Counted from the first letter of the stretch, positions 1-9,058 are shown. The stretch: 37,208 nucleotides of DNA from Candidatus Ryanbacteria bacterium (GCA_943354465.1 CALRCC010000001.1:1-37208); one strand, 5' to 3'. Translations and numbers: made by a program. The notes: a model not told the origin generated them from the sequence alone.

Positions 1-14
1 GCAGTCAGCTATTC

Positions 15-371
15 TTGCGTATTTTTTTGGGTTCAACGGCAGTATCTTTTGTAATGTTTAGCGCAATGTCATGGGGCGACGGATTAGTTTTGTCTGGCTC
101 GCTCGCTGGCACTGGTGGGATAGTCGGCGCGTGGGTTTTGGATGCCGGCTATCGCAAACGAGTTTCAGCGTATAATAATGTTGTTATGAAAGACCTAGAA
201 GAGATGCCGTCGTTTTTGGTTTTATCGTTGTGGTTATTCGCGATTTTTACTATTACGATGCTTTTTGCCGCTGATTTTACTGCTAATTTTCTCGCCATTT
301 TGTTAGGCACAATCGCCGGAGGATTAATACACTTTGTATTAATTAGCAGACAAGGTAAACTTAAATCATGA
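15..371 (+). CDS. hypothetical multi-pass membrane protein, possibly 5'-truncated by the window edge
   Basis: 118-aa ORF with several hydrophobic helices (FLGSTAVSFVMFSAMSW, FLVLSLWLFAIFTITMLFAA, FLAILLGTIAGGLIHFVLI). First codon is TTG and the frame stays open back to nt 3. Its stop overlaps the next start (ATGA at 368-371). Confidence 0.5.
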   Translation: MRIFLGSTAVSFVMFSAMSWGDGLVLSGSLAGTGGIVGAWVLDAGYRKRVSAYNNVVMKDLEEMPSFLVLSLWLFAIFTITMLFAADFTANFLAILLGTIAGGLIHFVLISRQGKLKS

Positions 372-904
372 ACTATAAGTTTCTTTTAAGTCTAGTCGTT
401 CTCGGTATTGTGGTTTCAGTCTTTTTTTTATTGTTTCCATGGCAGAAGGCGCAGGTTGTAAAAGATTTTGATAGCTGCGCAGGTTCTGGCGTCATTGATC
501 CAGAGGCTTACCCGTCAAAATGTAGTATTGGATCAAAACAATTTACTCAAGATGTAGGCAACGAGATAGAAAAGATTGATCTTATCCGCATTGATTGGCC
601 AAGGCCGGGTGGCACAGTGCAGACAGATAAACCTTTGATTGTCGATGGTAATGCGCGTGAATCTTGGTTTCACAATGGATCATTCCCAATTATCATAAAA
701 GATGATACTGGCACAGTTATCGCTAGCGCTCCAGCAGTCGCTCAAAGCTTCAAAGAAATGGAAGGATTCATATCGTATAAGGCGACTCTTGTATTTTCAG
801 GTGCTGCGAAAACAGATAAAGGCACGCTTATATTGGAGGCGGCAAATCCTTCAGGTGATGCTAGCAAAGCTAACGCCATGGTCTTACCTCTTAAATTTGA
901 GTAA
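368..904 (+). CDS. membrane-anchored secreted protein with Gmad2-type immunoglobulin-like domain
   Basis: N-terminal signal anchor (FLLSLVVLGIVVSVFFLLF). The C-terminal ~100 aa (WPRPGGTVQTDKPLIVDGNARESWFHNGSFPIIIKDDTGTVIA...YKATLVF...GTLILEAANPSGD) follow the Gmad2 pattern as I remember it. Confidence 0.55.
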   Translation: MNYKFLLSLVVLGIVVSVFFLLFPWQKAQVVKDFDSCAGSGVIDPEAYPSKCSIGSKQFTQDVGNEIEKIDLIRIDWPRPGGTVQTDKPLIVDGNARESWFHNGSFPIIIKDDTGTVIASAPAVAQSFKEMEGFISYKATLVFSGAAKTDKGTLILEAANPSGDASKANAMVLPLKFE

Positions 905-913
905 GTTTGGCGC

Positions 914-1501
914 GTGTTTTCCGTACCATTTGAATCAATTTTGCAGGCGCTAGGATATTTTGGCGTTTTTTTGCTGATGATAGCAAATGGTTTTATAAGT
1001 TTTCCGTCTAGCCAGGTTTTGTATATTGTCGCTGGATATTTTGTATCGTTGGGACATCTAAATATTATTTCTGTTTCCATAGTAGGAGCGCTCGGCAACA
1101 CAGTTGGCAATATTATTTTATATGAAGTCGTGCGCGCATACGGGCTTGTTTATATTACAAAATGGACGATGTTCCCTGAGCGAGAAGTCAAAAAAGTTGT
1201 TTTCGCGTTTCGTAGGCGTGGCGCTTGGTTTTTATTTATATCTAAACTTCTGCCAGCCATAAAAGTATTCGCGCCGATACCAGCTGGCATCGCGAAAATG
1301 CATCGTGGCGTTTTCGCTATTATTATATTTATCTCATCATGGCTATGGTCGCTCATCTTTTTGTCTGTCGGATATTTTTTTGGAAAAACAGAAGATATAT
1401 TCGGCGCATACGCGCTCGTACTCTCACTCGTATCTTTGGTCGTTGTTGGTATATTTTATAAATATATGAACAGCAAAGAGGTGATTGACGCGATTGAATA
1501 G
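914..1501 (+). CDS. DedA family membrane protein
   Basis: 195 aa with a GTG start. Typical DedA N-terminus (LGYFGVFLLMIANGFISFPSSQVLYIVAGY) and a re-entrant region (KLLPAIKVFAPIPAGIAKM). Confidence 0.8.
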   Translation: MFSVPFESILQALGYFGVFLLMIANGFISFPSSQVLYIVAGYFVSLGHLNIISVSIVGALGNTVGNIILYEVVRAYGLVYITKWTMFPEREVKKVVFAFRRRGAWFLFISKLLPAIKVFAPIPAGIAKMHRGVFAIIIFISSWLWSLIFLSVGYFFGKTEDIFGAYALVLSLVSLVVVGIFYKYMNSKEVIDAIE

Positions 1502-1568
1502 TGCTATTGCGTATTTGTTTCTCTGGCATATAGTGGTACTAAATGCTCTTTAACACAGGAGGGGTGTC

Positions 1569-2042
1569 TTGCAATTCTTTACTCTTTTGAAAGGACAGAC
1601 GCATCCGCATCAGATTTGTGGTGCGTTGCCAGTTGTATCAAAAAATATTTTTGAACACGAATTGATGTTACCCGAAGTGTTCTTCGGTACCATTGTGCAA
1701 GGGTCAAAGGTGACTTCGGAGGATAGTGGTGAGCGCATGCTTATGCTTGCGGTACTTGAAGATGCGGTCTCGGCGTATCAGAGATACGCGCTCGAGAAAC
1801 ATCTTGGGTTACGCGCCCAGCGTATCTTTCAGGAAGCCGTCGATTGGATTTTGGATGATGTATCGCGACCCTTCTCATTCGTTAACATCTGTGATGTTTT
1901 CGAAATCAATACCGAGTACCTACGCGGTGGTCTCAAGCACTGGCGTGCAACGAGCACTCTGTCTATAACCGCGCGGAGGTTTCGCAGGGTCGCGGGCCGG
2001 CGCACGCATGTGATCAAAGCGCGCAGTCGGCGCGCGAGGTAA
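1569..2042 (+). CDS. hypothetical protein with arginine-rich C-terminal tail
   Basis: TTG start lies 6 nt after a strong AGGAGG (1557-1562). 157 aa with no family I can name. The tail is RRFRRVAGRRTHVIKARSRRAR. Followed by an intrinsic terminator. Confidence 0.55.
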   Translation: MQFFTLLKGQTHPHQICGALPVVSKNIFEHELMLPEVFFGTIVQGSKVTSEDSGERMLMLAVLEDAVSAYQRYALEKHLGLRAQRIFQEAVDWILDDVSRPFSFVNICDVFEINTEYLRGGLKHWRATSTLSITARRFRRVAGRRTHVIKARSRRAR

Positions 2043-2073
2043 GCTGTCTTACAAAAGATAGCTTATTTTTTTT
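2041..2073 (+). terminator. rho-independent terminator
   Basis: AAGCTGTCTT (2041-2050) / AAGATAGCTT (2055-2064): a 10-bp stem with one G-U pair and loop ACAA, followed by ATTTTTTTT. Confidence 0.65.
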
Positions 2074-2106
2074 GCTCGTTTTTTCTTATTGTGTGATACT
2101 ACACAT

Positions 2107-2448
2107 ATGGTAGATCCACTGCTCAATCAAAAATGCGTACCGTGTGAAGGTGGCACACAACCTCTCACGCGAGCCGAAGCTATCCGTCAAATATCTGATT
2201 TACGTGCGACATGGGATCTGGCACCAAACGCAGATAAGATAAGCTGCGTATTTGAATTTGGCACTTTTCTCGATGCTGTTGGATTTGTAAATAAAGTAGC
2301 TGACTTAGCTGAGCACGAAGGCCATCATCCTGATATTCATATATCATATAGCATAGTAACCATTGAGCTTTGGACGCACGCGATAAAGGGCCTTTCTCAA
2401 AACGATTTTATCCTTGCCGCAAAGATAGAGCATTTACTAAGGGAATAA
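2107..2448 (+). CDS. pterin-4-alpha-carbinolamine dehydratase (COG2154/PCD family)
   Basis: Motif EHEGHHPDIHISYSIVTIELWTHAIKGLSQNDFILAAKIE is the PCD signature. I chose ATG 2107, in frame with the TTG at 2089 used by the ORF track. Confidence 0.85.
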   Translation: MVDPLLNQKCVPCEGGTQPLTRAEAIRQISDLRATWDLAPNADKISCVFEFGTFLDAVGFVNKVADLAEHEGHHPDIHISYSIVTIELWTHAIKGLSQNDFILAAKIEHLLRE

Positions 2449-2450
2449 AA

Positions 2451-3590
2451 ATGTTTTCATTTAATGTCATAAAGCAATCAAAAAAATCTCGAGCTCGTCT
2501 CGGGATTTTACGCACCGCTCACGGTGAGGTTGAGACGCCATCTTTTGTGCCAGTAGCTACTCGTGCGGTTGTTAAGACTTTGACATCTAAAGACGCTCTT
2601 TCTGCCGGCTCTCAACTTTTGATAGCAAATACTTTTCATCTGCATCTGCGTCCTGGTGAAAAGATCGTAGCTCGTGCCGGCAAGCTTCATAAGTTTATGC
2701 AGTGGCCACGTCCATTGATGACTGACTCTGGCGGTTTTCAGGTTTTTAGCTTGGGGTTCGGGCATGATTTTGGCACAGGCAAGATACTAAAAGAAAAAAG
2801 CGACAAACAGATTAAAACAGGTCAACAGCCTCAAAAGATTCGTATCACTGATGCTGGTGTTGAGTTTCGCTCTCCTATCGATGGAGCAAAAGTTTTTATA
2901 GGCCCGCGAGAATCAATTCATATTCAAGAACAGCTTGGAGCCGATATCATTTTTGCTTTTGACGAATGCACATCTCCAATCGCTGATCGTGCGTATACAG
3001 AGAGTTCTCTCGATCGCAGCCACTTATGGGCAGGGCTGTGCTTGAAATACAAAAAGAAAAATGGTCAGGCTCTTTATGGCATTGTGCAGGGCGGTAAGTT
3101 TGAAGATCTGCGCAGAGCGAGCGCGCGCTTTATCGGCGCGTTGCCGTTTGATGGTATTGGTATCGGTGGTGAGTTTGGAGATGACAAACGAGCGATGACA
3201 CGTATGGTTGGTTGGGCAGTTGATGAATTGCCAGCAGAAAAACCACGGCATTTGCTTGGCATCGGATATCCTGAAGATATCGTGCCGATTATAAAGGCAG
3301 GCGCAGATACTTTTGATTGTATAGCGCCAACTCATTATGCGCGTAGAGGATTTGCATATACGAGCGCTGGAAAAATTGATATGAAAAAAATCATGCTGCT
3401 AAAAGATCAGAAACCGCTCGATAAAAAATGTAAATGCGAGGTATGCAAGACTTACTCTCGTGCATATATAACGCATTTGTTGCGTGCCGGAGAGATGACC
3501 GCAATGTCACTGCTATCAATTCACAATCTTTTTTACTTCAATGAAATGGTCGCTCGCGTGCGCGATGAGATACGCGCTGGGCGTGTCTAG
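2451..3590 (+). CDS. tgt: tRNA-guanine transglycosylase (queuine tRNA-ribosyltransferase)
   Basis: TPSFVPVAT, LMTDSGGFQV, FAFDECT, GIVQGG, LLGIGYPEDI and the zinc site CKCEVCKTYSRAYITHL. ATG 2451 lies 2 nt after the PCD stop; the longer track ORF (2370) overlaps PCD and is rejected. Confidence 0.95.
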   Translation: MFSFNVIKQSKKSRARLGILRTAHGEVETPSFVPVATRAVVKTLTSKDALSAGSQLLIANTFHLHLRPGEKIVARAGKLHKFMQWPRPLMTDSGGFQVFSLGFGHDFGTGKILKEKSDKQIKTGQQPQKIRITDAGVEFRSPIDGAKVFIGPRESIHIQEQLGADIIFAFDECTSPIADRAYTESSLDRSHLWAGLCLKYKKKNGQALYGIVQGGKFEDLRRASARFIGALPFDGIGIGGEFGDDKRAMTRMVGWAVDELPAEKPRHLLGIGYPEDIVPIIKAGADTFDCIAPTHYARRGFAYTSAGKIDMKKIMLLKDQKPLDKKCKCEVCKTYSRAYITHLLRAGEMTAMSLLSIHNLFYFNEMVARVRDEIRAGRV

Positions 3591-3612
3591 GTGGTAAAGT
3601 AACAAAATAGTT

Positions 3613-4341
3613 ATGAAAGCCCTCGAAATAGAAAAATTACGTAAATCATACGGGTCTACTGACGCCGTAAAAGATATATCGTTCTCTGTTGAGCCCGGAG
3701 AGTTTTTTGGTTTCTTGGGGCCCAATGGCGCAGGGAAGACGACGACGATCAAATGCACTACCGGCATCGCGTCATTTCAGTGGGGTGTTATCAAAGTGTT
3801 TGGCATCGATGTGGTGGTAGATTATCGCGAGGCACGCAAAAAGATTGGTTTAGCACCGCAAGATTTCAATGTCGATATCTTCGCAACTCCATATGATATT
3901 TTGTGGTATGTGGGAGGTTACTACGGCATCCGGAGTGCTTCTCGTAAAAAAAGTGTTGATGACGCACTTGAGCGTTTTGAACTTGGTGCGCACAGCAAGA
4001 AACAATTTCAGGCGCTGTCGGGTGGGCTCAAGCGCCGCGTGATGCTTGCGCGCGCCATGGTGCATAACCCCGACCTTTTGATTCTAGACGAGCCAACCGC
4101 AGGTGTGGATGTCGAGATGAGGCATGATTTGTGGCGCTATCTGCAGGATCTTAATAAAGCTGGCAAAACGATTTTACTTACTTCGCACTATTTGGAAGAA
4201 GTGGATCTTTTGTGCAAGCGTATCGCTATCATCAACGGCGGCAAGATTGCGGCGATTGGTGATAAGAGCGAGTTTACTTCGGGTGGGAGAAAGCTAGAAC
4301 AGGCATACTTGGAAATTATAAAAGAGGGCAAATTACTATGA
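3613..4341 (+). CDS. ABC transporter ATP-binding protein (ABC-2 exporter type)
   Basis: Walker A GPNGAGKTT, signature LSGGLKRR, Walker B LLILDEPTAGVD, H-loop TSHYLEE. Confidence 0.92.
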   Translation: MKALEIEKLRKSYGSTDAVKDISFSVEPGEFFGFLGPNGAGKTTTIKCTTGIASFQWGVIKVFGIDVVVDYREARKKIGLAPQDFNVDIFATPYDILWYVGGYYGIRSASRKKSVDDALERFELGAHSKKQFQALSGGLKRRVMLARAMVHNPDLLILDEPTAGVDVEMRHDLWRYLQDLNKAGKTILLTSHYLEEVDLLCKRIAIINGGKIAAIGDKSEFTSGGRKLEQAYLEIIKEGKLL

Positions 4342-5108
4342 ACAAGCCAAACTTGATAGGATTACAAACATTTGTCACACGCGAGACGGGGCGTATGTTT
4401 CGTGTATGGATTCAAACGCTCGGCGCGCCGTTGATTTCCGCACTCCTATATATTTTGATTTTTGGGTATGTGGTGGGTCAGCGTATCGATACGATTGCCG
4501 GTGTAGCATATATAGATTTTGTCTTGCCCGGTATCGTCATGATGAACATTATGAACTCGGCCTTTTCACATACTTCGACATCGCTCTACATCATGAAATG
4601 GCTTCGTTCTATTGACGAGCTTTTGGTAGCGCCTCTTTCATATCTTGAGATGATTATTGGATTTTTGGCGGGAGGTGTAGTGCGAGGCGTGATTGTTGGT
4701 GCTGGCGTATATGCCATCGGAGTATTTTTTACAGAAGCTACCGTTGCACATTTTTTTCTGATGTTGCTGTATGCCGCTGCCATCTCGACCATTTTCTCAC
4801 TAGCTGGCATGCTGGTGGCTTTGTGGGCGAAAAATTTTGAACAGCTCTCACTCCCGAGCATTTTTATTATTACGCCACTGACCTTTTTGGGTGGCGTATT
4901 TAATTCGATCCATATGATGCCACCATTTCTCCAATGGATTGTGCGCCTCAATCCGTTTTTCTATTTCGTTGACGGCCTTCGCTACACGATGCTTGGTATT
5001 TCTGAATCAAACATGGTCGTTGGCATGACCTTAACTCTCGGCCTCATCATCGGCCTTGGCTACTGGGTTTGGTATCTATTTAAGATTGGGTATAAAATAA
5101 GGGAGTGA
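4338..5108 (+). CDS. ABC-2 type transporter permease
   Basis: 256 aa with about six hydrophobic helices. ATGA overlap with the preceding ATPase gene. Confidence 0.85.
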   Translation: MNKPNLIGLQTFVTRETGRMFRVWIQTLGAPLISALLYILIFGYVVGQRIDTIAGVAYIDFVLPGIVMMNIMNSAFSHTSTSLYIMKWLRSIDELLVAPLSYLEMIIGFLAGGVVRGVIVGAGVYAIGVFFTEATVAHFFLMLLYAAAISTIFSLAGMLVALWAKNFEQLSLPSIFIITPLTFLGGVFNSIHMMPPFLQWIVRLNPFFYFVDGLRYTMLGISESNMVVGMTLTLGLIIGLGYWVWYLFKIGYKIRE

Positions 5109-5189
5109 CTATCGGTTAAGTTCGGTGTATGCATAAAATAAAGAGAATTATCATCTACATATATCTGGTAAGTTGGACTCCATAGATAT

Positions 5190-6404
5190 ATGAAAAAGAT
5201 CATCGCGATCGTTGTCCTTGTCGTTGTTGTAGGCGTGGGATTTTTTCTTTATTTCCGCCCCAATATTCGTGGTGCGCTCTTCGCATTTAAATCACCACCT
5301 GAAGATATTACCAAAAAAATTCCTGAGACGGGCAAAGAGCTGCCACCCGAAAATCTAACCGATTTTCCACTCAAACTCCCAGCTGGTTTTTCTATCTCTG
5401 TTTTCGCAAAAAATTTGCCTGGTGCTCGTGATATGGCGTTCGGCCCTGATGGTGCACTTTGGGTCTCACAAACAAATGAAGGAAAGATTACACGCCTTAC
5501 TATAGAAGATGGCAAAGTGTCGCGCGCGCAAGATGTCTATACAAAGCTTAGCCGCCCGCACGGCATTGCATTTGATTACCGTGAGCCGCAGGTGCTCTAT
5601 GTCGCGAGCGAAGGTGGATTATTGCGGGTAGATACAACAAAGTCAGAGGCGCCTCGGCGTGTCATCCAGCTGCCTTCTGGTGGCAATCATAACTATTATT
5701 CATTGCGCTTCGGTCCTGACGGACGCTTGTATATCTCGATGGGATCGACTTGCAATGTATGTCTAGAACGCGATAAACGACGCGCGACTATCTACTCAGT
5801 CAATAGTGATGGGTCAGATCTCAGAGAATTTGCACACGGTCTTCGCAATGCGCCATTTTTTACATGGAGTTATGTAGATGGCCGCATGTGGGCTACCGAG
5901 ATGGGCAGAGATTTGCTAGGTGATGACACGCCTCCTGATGAGATCAATATTGTAGAGCAAGGCAAAAATTATGGTTGGCCAATTTGCTACGGCAAAAATA
6001 TTCATGATACTGATTTTGATAAAAATACCTATATTCGCAATCCGTGCATGGAGCCGTTTGAAATCTCATCACATGTTGATTTGCCTGCGCACTCTGCACC
6101 TCTCGGTCTTGGTTTTATCCCCGAAGAAGGATGGCCCGAAGAATATTGGTATGATTTGTTGGTCGCCTACCACGGGTCATGGAATCGTACGGAACCCACT
6201 GGCTACAAATTAGTACGCGTAAAGCTTGACGCGAAAGGAAACTTTGAAGGTATTGAAGATTTTATTTCCGGATGGCTTACATCTGCTGGCGCACTCGGCC
6301 GCCCAGTAGGTATTCTCATCCAGCCTGGTGGGACCGTATATATCTCTGATGATTCTGCAGGCGTGATTTATAAGGTCGCGCGCGCATCCTTGACAGGATT
6401 ATAA
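5190..6404 (+). CDS. PQQ-dependent sugar (glucose/sorbosone) dehydrogenase-like beta-propeller, signal-anchored
   Basis: N-terminal anchor IIAIVVLVVVVGVGFFLYF. Family-typical RPHGIAFD, GPDGRLYISMGS, GLRNAPFF, NYGWPICYG and HSAPLGLGF. Confidence 0.8.
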   Translation: MKKIIAIVVLVVVVGVGFFLYFRPNIRGALFAFKSPPEDITKKIPETGKELPPENLTDFPLKLPAGFSISVFAKNLPGARDMAFGPDGALWVSQTNEGKITRLTIEDGKVSRAQDVYTKLSRPHGIAFDYREPQVLYVASEGGLLRVDTTKSEAPRRVIQLPSGGNHNYYSLRFGPDGRLYISMGSTCNVCLERDKRRATIYSVNSDGSDLREFAHGLRNAPFFTWSYVDGRMWATEMGRDLLGDDTPPDEINIVEQGKNYGWPICYGKNIHDTDFDKNTYIRNPCMEPFEISSHVDLPAHSAPLGLGFIPEEGWPEEYWYDLLVAYHGSWNRTEPTGYKLVRVKLDAKGNFEGIEDFISGWLTSAGALGRPVGILIQPGGTVYISDDSAGVIYKVARASLTGL

Positions 6405-6416
6405 AAAATATAATAC

Positions 6417-7106
6417 ATGCGCAAAGTAGCAGTCTTTGATATTGATGGCACGATATTTCGTTCTAGCTTGCTAATAGAGATAGTAGACGCTCTGATATCC
6501 GAGCATATATTTCCAAAGAGCGCAGTGCGCCTTTTTGCAAAAGCGAAAACCGATTGGTTAGATCGTAACGGCGATTACGAAGCATATATCGGAGCTGTCG
6601 TAAAAGCATTTATTGGTAACATTCGTGGCATCAGCGCCGTAGACTTTAGGCATGTCTCTAGGAAAGTTATTGGCGTACATAAAAATCGCACATATCGCTT
6701 TACACGCGAGCTTGCGCGCGAGCTCAAACGCAAGCAATATTTTTTACTTGCCATATCAAACTCTCCAAAAGATATATTGGATTTATTTTGTGAAGAGTAT
6801 GGTTTTGATAAAGTCTACGGCCGTATGTATGAGCTTGACGGCAAAGGCAGGTTTACGGGCAAGGTACTCAACGCGAATCTTGTAGCCGATAAGGCGAAGC
6901 TTCTTTCGCGCGCAGTCATCAAAGAAAATCTTACTCTCAAAGATTCTGTGGGGGTGGGGGACACGGAGGCCGATATCCCGATATTCAAAAAAGTGGAACG
7001 TGCGATTTGTTTTAATCCAAATAAAAAATTATATAAGATTGCGCGCAATAAAGGATGGGAAGTTGTCGTCGAGCGCAAAGATATGATTTATAAGCTCTTT
7101 GTATAA
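6417..7106 (+). CDS. HAD-IB family hydrolase (phosphoserine-phosphatase-like)
   Basis: HAD motif I VAVFDIDGTIF, motif II LLAISNSP, motif IV GVGDTEADIPIF. Confidence 0.8.
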   Translation: MRKVAVFDIDGTIFRSSLLIEIVDALISEHIFPKSAVRLFAKAKTDWLDRNGDYEAYIGAVVKAFIGNIRGISAVDFRHVSRKVIGVHKNRTYRFTRELARELKRKQYFLLAISNSPKDILDLFCEEYGFDKVYGRMYELDGKGRFTGKVLNANLVADKAKLLSRAVIKENLTLKDSVGVGDTEADIPIFKKVERAICFNPNKKLYKIARNKGWEVVVERKDMIYKLFV

Positions 7107-7115
7107 AAAGTTAAA

Positions 7116-7145
7116 GCCGCTTGTGATCTGATGATCACAAGCGGC
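7116..7145. terminator. bidirectional hairpin between convergent genes
   Basis: GCCGCTTGTGATC (7116-7128) / GATCACAAGCGGC (7133-7145): a perfect 13-bp stem with a 4-nt loop. Lies between the stop at 7106 (+) and the stop at 7152 (-). Confidence 0.7.
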
Positions 7146-7151
7146 TTGTTT

Positions 7152-7388
7152 TCAAAACCGTGCTGCACACTCTCTGCACATCACACGGCTTGGAAATTTC
7201 TTCAGCATTCCGCGTTTTAGCGGGAAGCCGTGGTCCGGGCAAGGACCGAGTTCCTCTTCTTTTGGTTTGATCTTTATATAGTCTTGTATACACAGATCCA
7301 AACAATCATCGTTTCCATCAAATCCGTGATTTTTACACGGCGCCCTTTCGTCTTCTATCCTGTTCAATTTTACACCCTCCTGCGACAT
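7152..7388 (-). CDS. small cysteine-rich protein (putative metal-binding), unknown family
   Basis: 78 aa with 6 Cys. Internal duplication PCKNHGF / PCPDHGF and a terminal CRECA. Alternative TTG start at residue 8, preceded by AGGAGGG. Confidence 0.5.
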   Translation of the reverse strand: MSQEGVKLNRIEDERAPCKNHGFDGNDDCLDLCIQDYIKIKPKEEELGPCPDHGFPLKRGMLKKFPSRVMCRECAARF

Positions 7389-7499
7389 AGTCGCTGTTTG
7401 GTTGTGGAATAACCACTACTTCTATTGGTCATTATACTCTATTTTTTAGCAAATGTCAATATCCAAAAAGCCTTATTTTTTGGCATTATAGTCATATTC

Positions 7500-8246
7500 A
7501 TGACAGAAATTTCTATAAAAGCAGAGGAGCTCTTTCATATAGGTTCGTTCTCGGTAACGAACTCTTTTTTGCTTTCTGTTATCACGCTTATTGTTTTATT
7601 GTTTGTCGCTGTTTTGGTGCGAAGAAAAATATCATTAATCCCAGATAAGCTACAGAGCATCTTTGAGCTTTTGATGGAATGGCTTTTGGAGGTTATGGAT
7701 TCAGTTTTCGGTAATCGCCGTATGTCAGAGAGATACTTTCCGCTGATAGCGACAATATTTTTGTTTATTATGATCTCAAATTGGTTTGGTCTTTTGCCGA
7801 TTGTAGGATCTGTGGGCTTACATGCTGTTCACGATGGTAATTATGCGTTTGTACCGTTGTTGCGCGCGCCCGCAGCTGATCTCAATTTTACAATCGCGCT
7901 CGCCATTATAGCGGTGCTCTCCGTACAGTTCTTTGGAATACTCGCAATAGGGTTTTTTAAACATTTTTCAAAATATTTTACTTTGAAAAATCCAATCTTT
8001 ACTTTTGTAGGGCTCCTTGAATTTATAGCTGAATTTGTTAAGATAATATCGTTCTCGTTTAGGTTGTTTGGCAATGTATTCGCTGGTGAGGTATTGCTGA
8101 TAATTATAGGATTTTTGGTCCCATACGGTGCGCCTCTTCCATTTCTTTTCCTTGAAGTTTTTGTAGGATTTATTCAGGCATTTATTTTTGCAATGCTGAC
8201 AATGGTATTTGTGGCAATGGCTGTGAATGAAGATCCCGCACATTAG
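7500..8246 (+). CDS. atpB: F0F1 ATP synthase subunit a
   Basis: Conserved FSFRLFGNVFAGE (essential Arg) and a polytopic profile. ATG 7500 preferred over the upstream TTG 7425. Confidence 0.9.
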   Translation: MTEISIKAEELFHIGSFSVTNSFLLSVITLIVLLFVAVLVRRKISLIPDKLQSIFELLMEWLLEVMDSVFGNRRMSERYFPLIATIFLFIMISNWFGLLPIVGSVGLHAVHDGNYAFVPLLRAPAADLNFTIALAIIAVLSVQFFGILAIGFFKHFSKYFTLKNPIFTFVGLLEFIAEFVKIISFSFRLFGNVFAGEVLLIIIGFLVPYGAPLPFLFLEVFVGFIQAFIFAMLTMVFVAMAVNEDPAH

Positions 8247-8290
8247 ACGAGATGAAAGGTCATTACTAGAAGTTTTAAAAATATATAATT

Positions 8291-8530
8291 ATGGAAGCTA
8301 TGAATCCAGAAGTACTAAAAATAATGTCGATTGCGTTTATCATGGGATTAGGTACTATCGCGCCAGCAATGGCTATAGGTTGGATAGGATCCAAAGGGGT
8401 TGATGCTATGGGTAGAAATCCAGAGGCCGCTCCAAAAATTCAGACAGGCATGATTCTTGCTATCGCGTTTGCTGAGGCAATCGCAATCTACGCGCTTGTA
8501 GTGTCGCTTGTTATAAAATTCGTAGAATAA
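8291..8530 (+). CDS. atpE: F0F1 ATP synthase subunit c
   Basis: 79-aa helical hairpin with the loop GRNPEA and the carboxylate in AIAFAEAIAIYALV. Confidence 0.92.
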   Translation: MEAMNPEVLKIMSIAFIMGLGTIAPAMAIGWIGSKGVDAMGRNPEAAPKIQTGMILAIAFAEAIAIYALVVSLVIKFVE

Positions 8531-8548
8531 AAATAAAAAACGCTTTAC

Positions 8549-9058
8549 ATGAGTGAGCTTGCAGGCCAGCTTGGCATCAACTGGAAACTTCTGGTATCGC
8601 AAGGAGTGAACTTTTTTGTCTTGCTCGTGGCACTCACATTCCTTGTATGGCGACCGCTCCTGCGTATCATGCGTGAGCGTAAAGATAAAATAGAAGGAGG
8701 CCTGCATGATGCCGTGAGCGCAAAGCAAAAGCTTGGAGAGATCGACGAAGTAATGCGAGAGCGCGCGCTCGAAGCTGATAGACAGGCTTTTTCTATTATT
8801 CGTGGTGCAGAGCAAAAAGCTGAAGTGCGTGCTACAGATATTGTGCATAAAGCTGATTTGCGGGCGGAAGAGTTGCGACGCGCGGCGTTAGATGTCATCG
8901 CTAGTCGTGAGCGTGAAGAGTTTGAGAAATTTGCCAATAGTGCTAGATCGTTGGTACGATCGGCCATCGCCAAGGCTATCGATGAGGAACCTGCAAAAGT
9001 AGACGATAAGCTTATCGGTGAGGCGGTCGCTTATATCCGCAAGCAAAAAGCGTTATGA
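8549..9058 (+). CDS. atpF: F0F1 ATP synthase subunit b
   Basis: Single N-terminal TM helix followed by a long charged coiled coil. Position in the operon. Confidence 0.85.
   Translation: MSELAGQLGINWKLLVSQGVNFFVLLVALTFLVWRPLLRIMRERKDKIEGGLHDAVSAKQKLGEIDEVMRERALEADRQAFSIIRGAEQKAEVRATDIVHKADLRAEELRRAALDVIASREREEFEKFANSARSLVRSAIAKAIDEEPAKVDDKLIGEAVAYIRKQKAL

Noticed and set aside
2370-2450. Long N-terminal extensions offered by the ORF track for tgt (2370), atpB (7425), pepA (15873), lexA (17608), bcp (18399), the copper fusion protein (21538), uppP (21597) and PCD (2089).
   Set aside because: The extensions overlap the preceding gene or, for lexA, the SOS box. They begin with non-ATG codons and add residues that do not match family N-termini. 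The internal ATG starts fit the conserved N-termini.
2451-3590. The Tgt homologue might be a DpdA-type DNA 7-deazaguanine transglycosylase, i.e. part of a DNA-modification or defence system.
   Set aside because: It has the full canonical tRNA-Tgt motif set, including the CxCxxC...H zinc site. No dpdB/dpdC-like or preQ0 biosynthesis genes are adjacent.
8348-8973. Sizeable antisense or overlapping ORFs inside conserved genes. Examples are 8348..8848 and 8545..8973 (opposite atpE/atpF), 9574..9882, 10213..10464 and 12229..12504 (within atpA/atpD), 16265..16702 (pepA), 24305..25662 (opposite copA) and 27695..28141.
   Set aside because: They lie entirely within genes that have unmistakable family motifs on the other strand or frame. 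Their products are low-complexity (Ser/Arg/Pro-rich) and they have no RBS. These are typical shadow ORFs.
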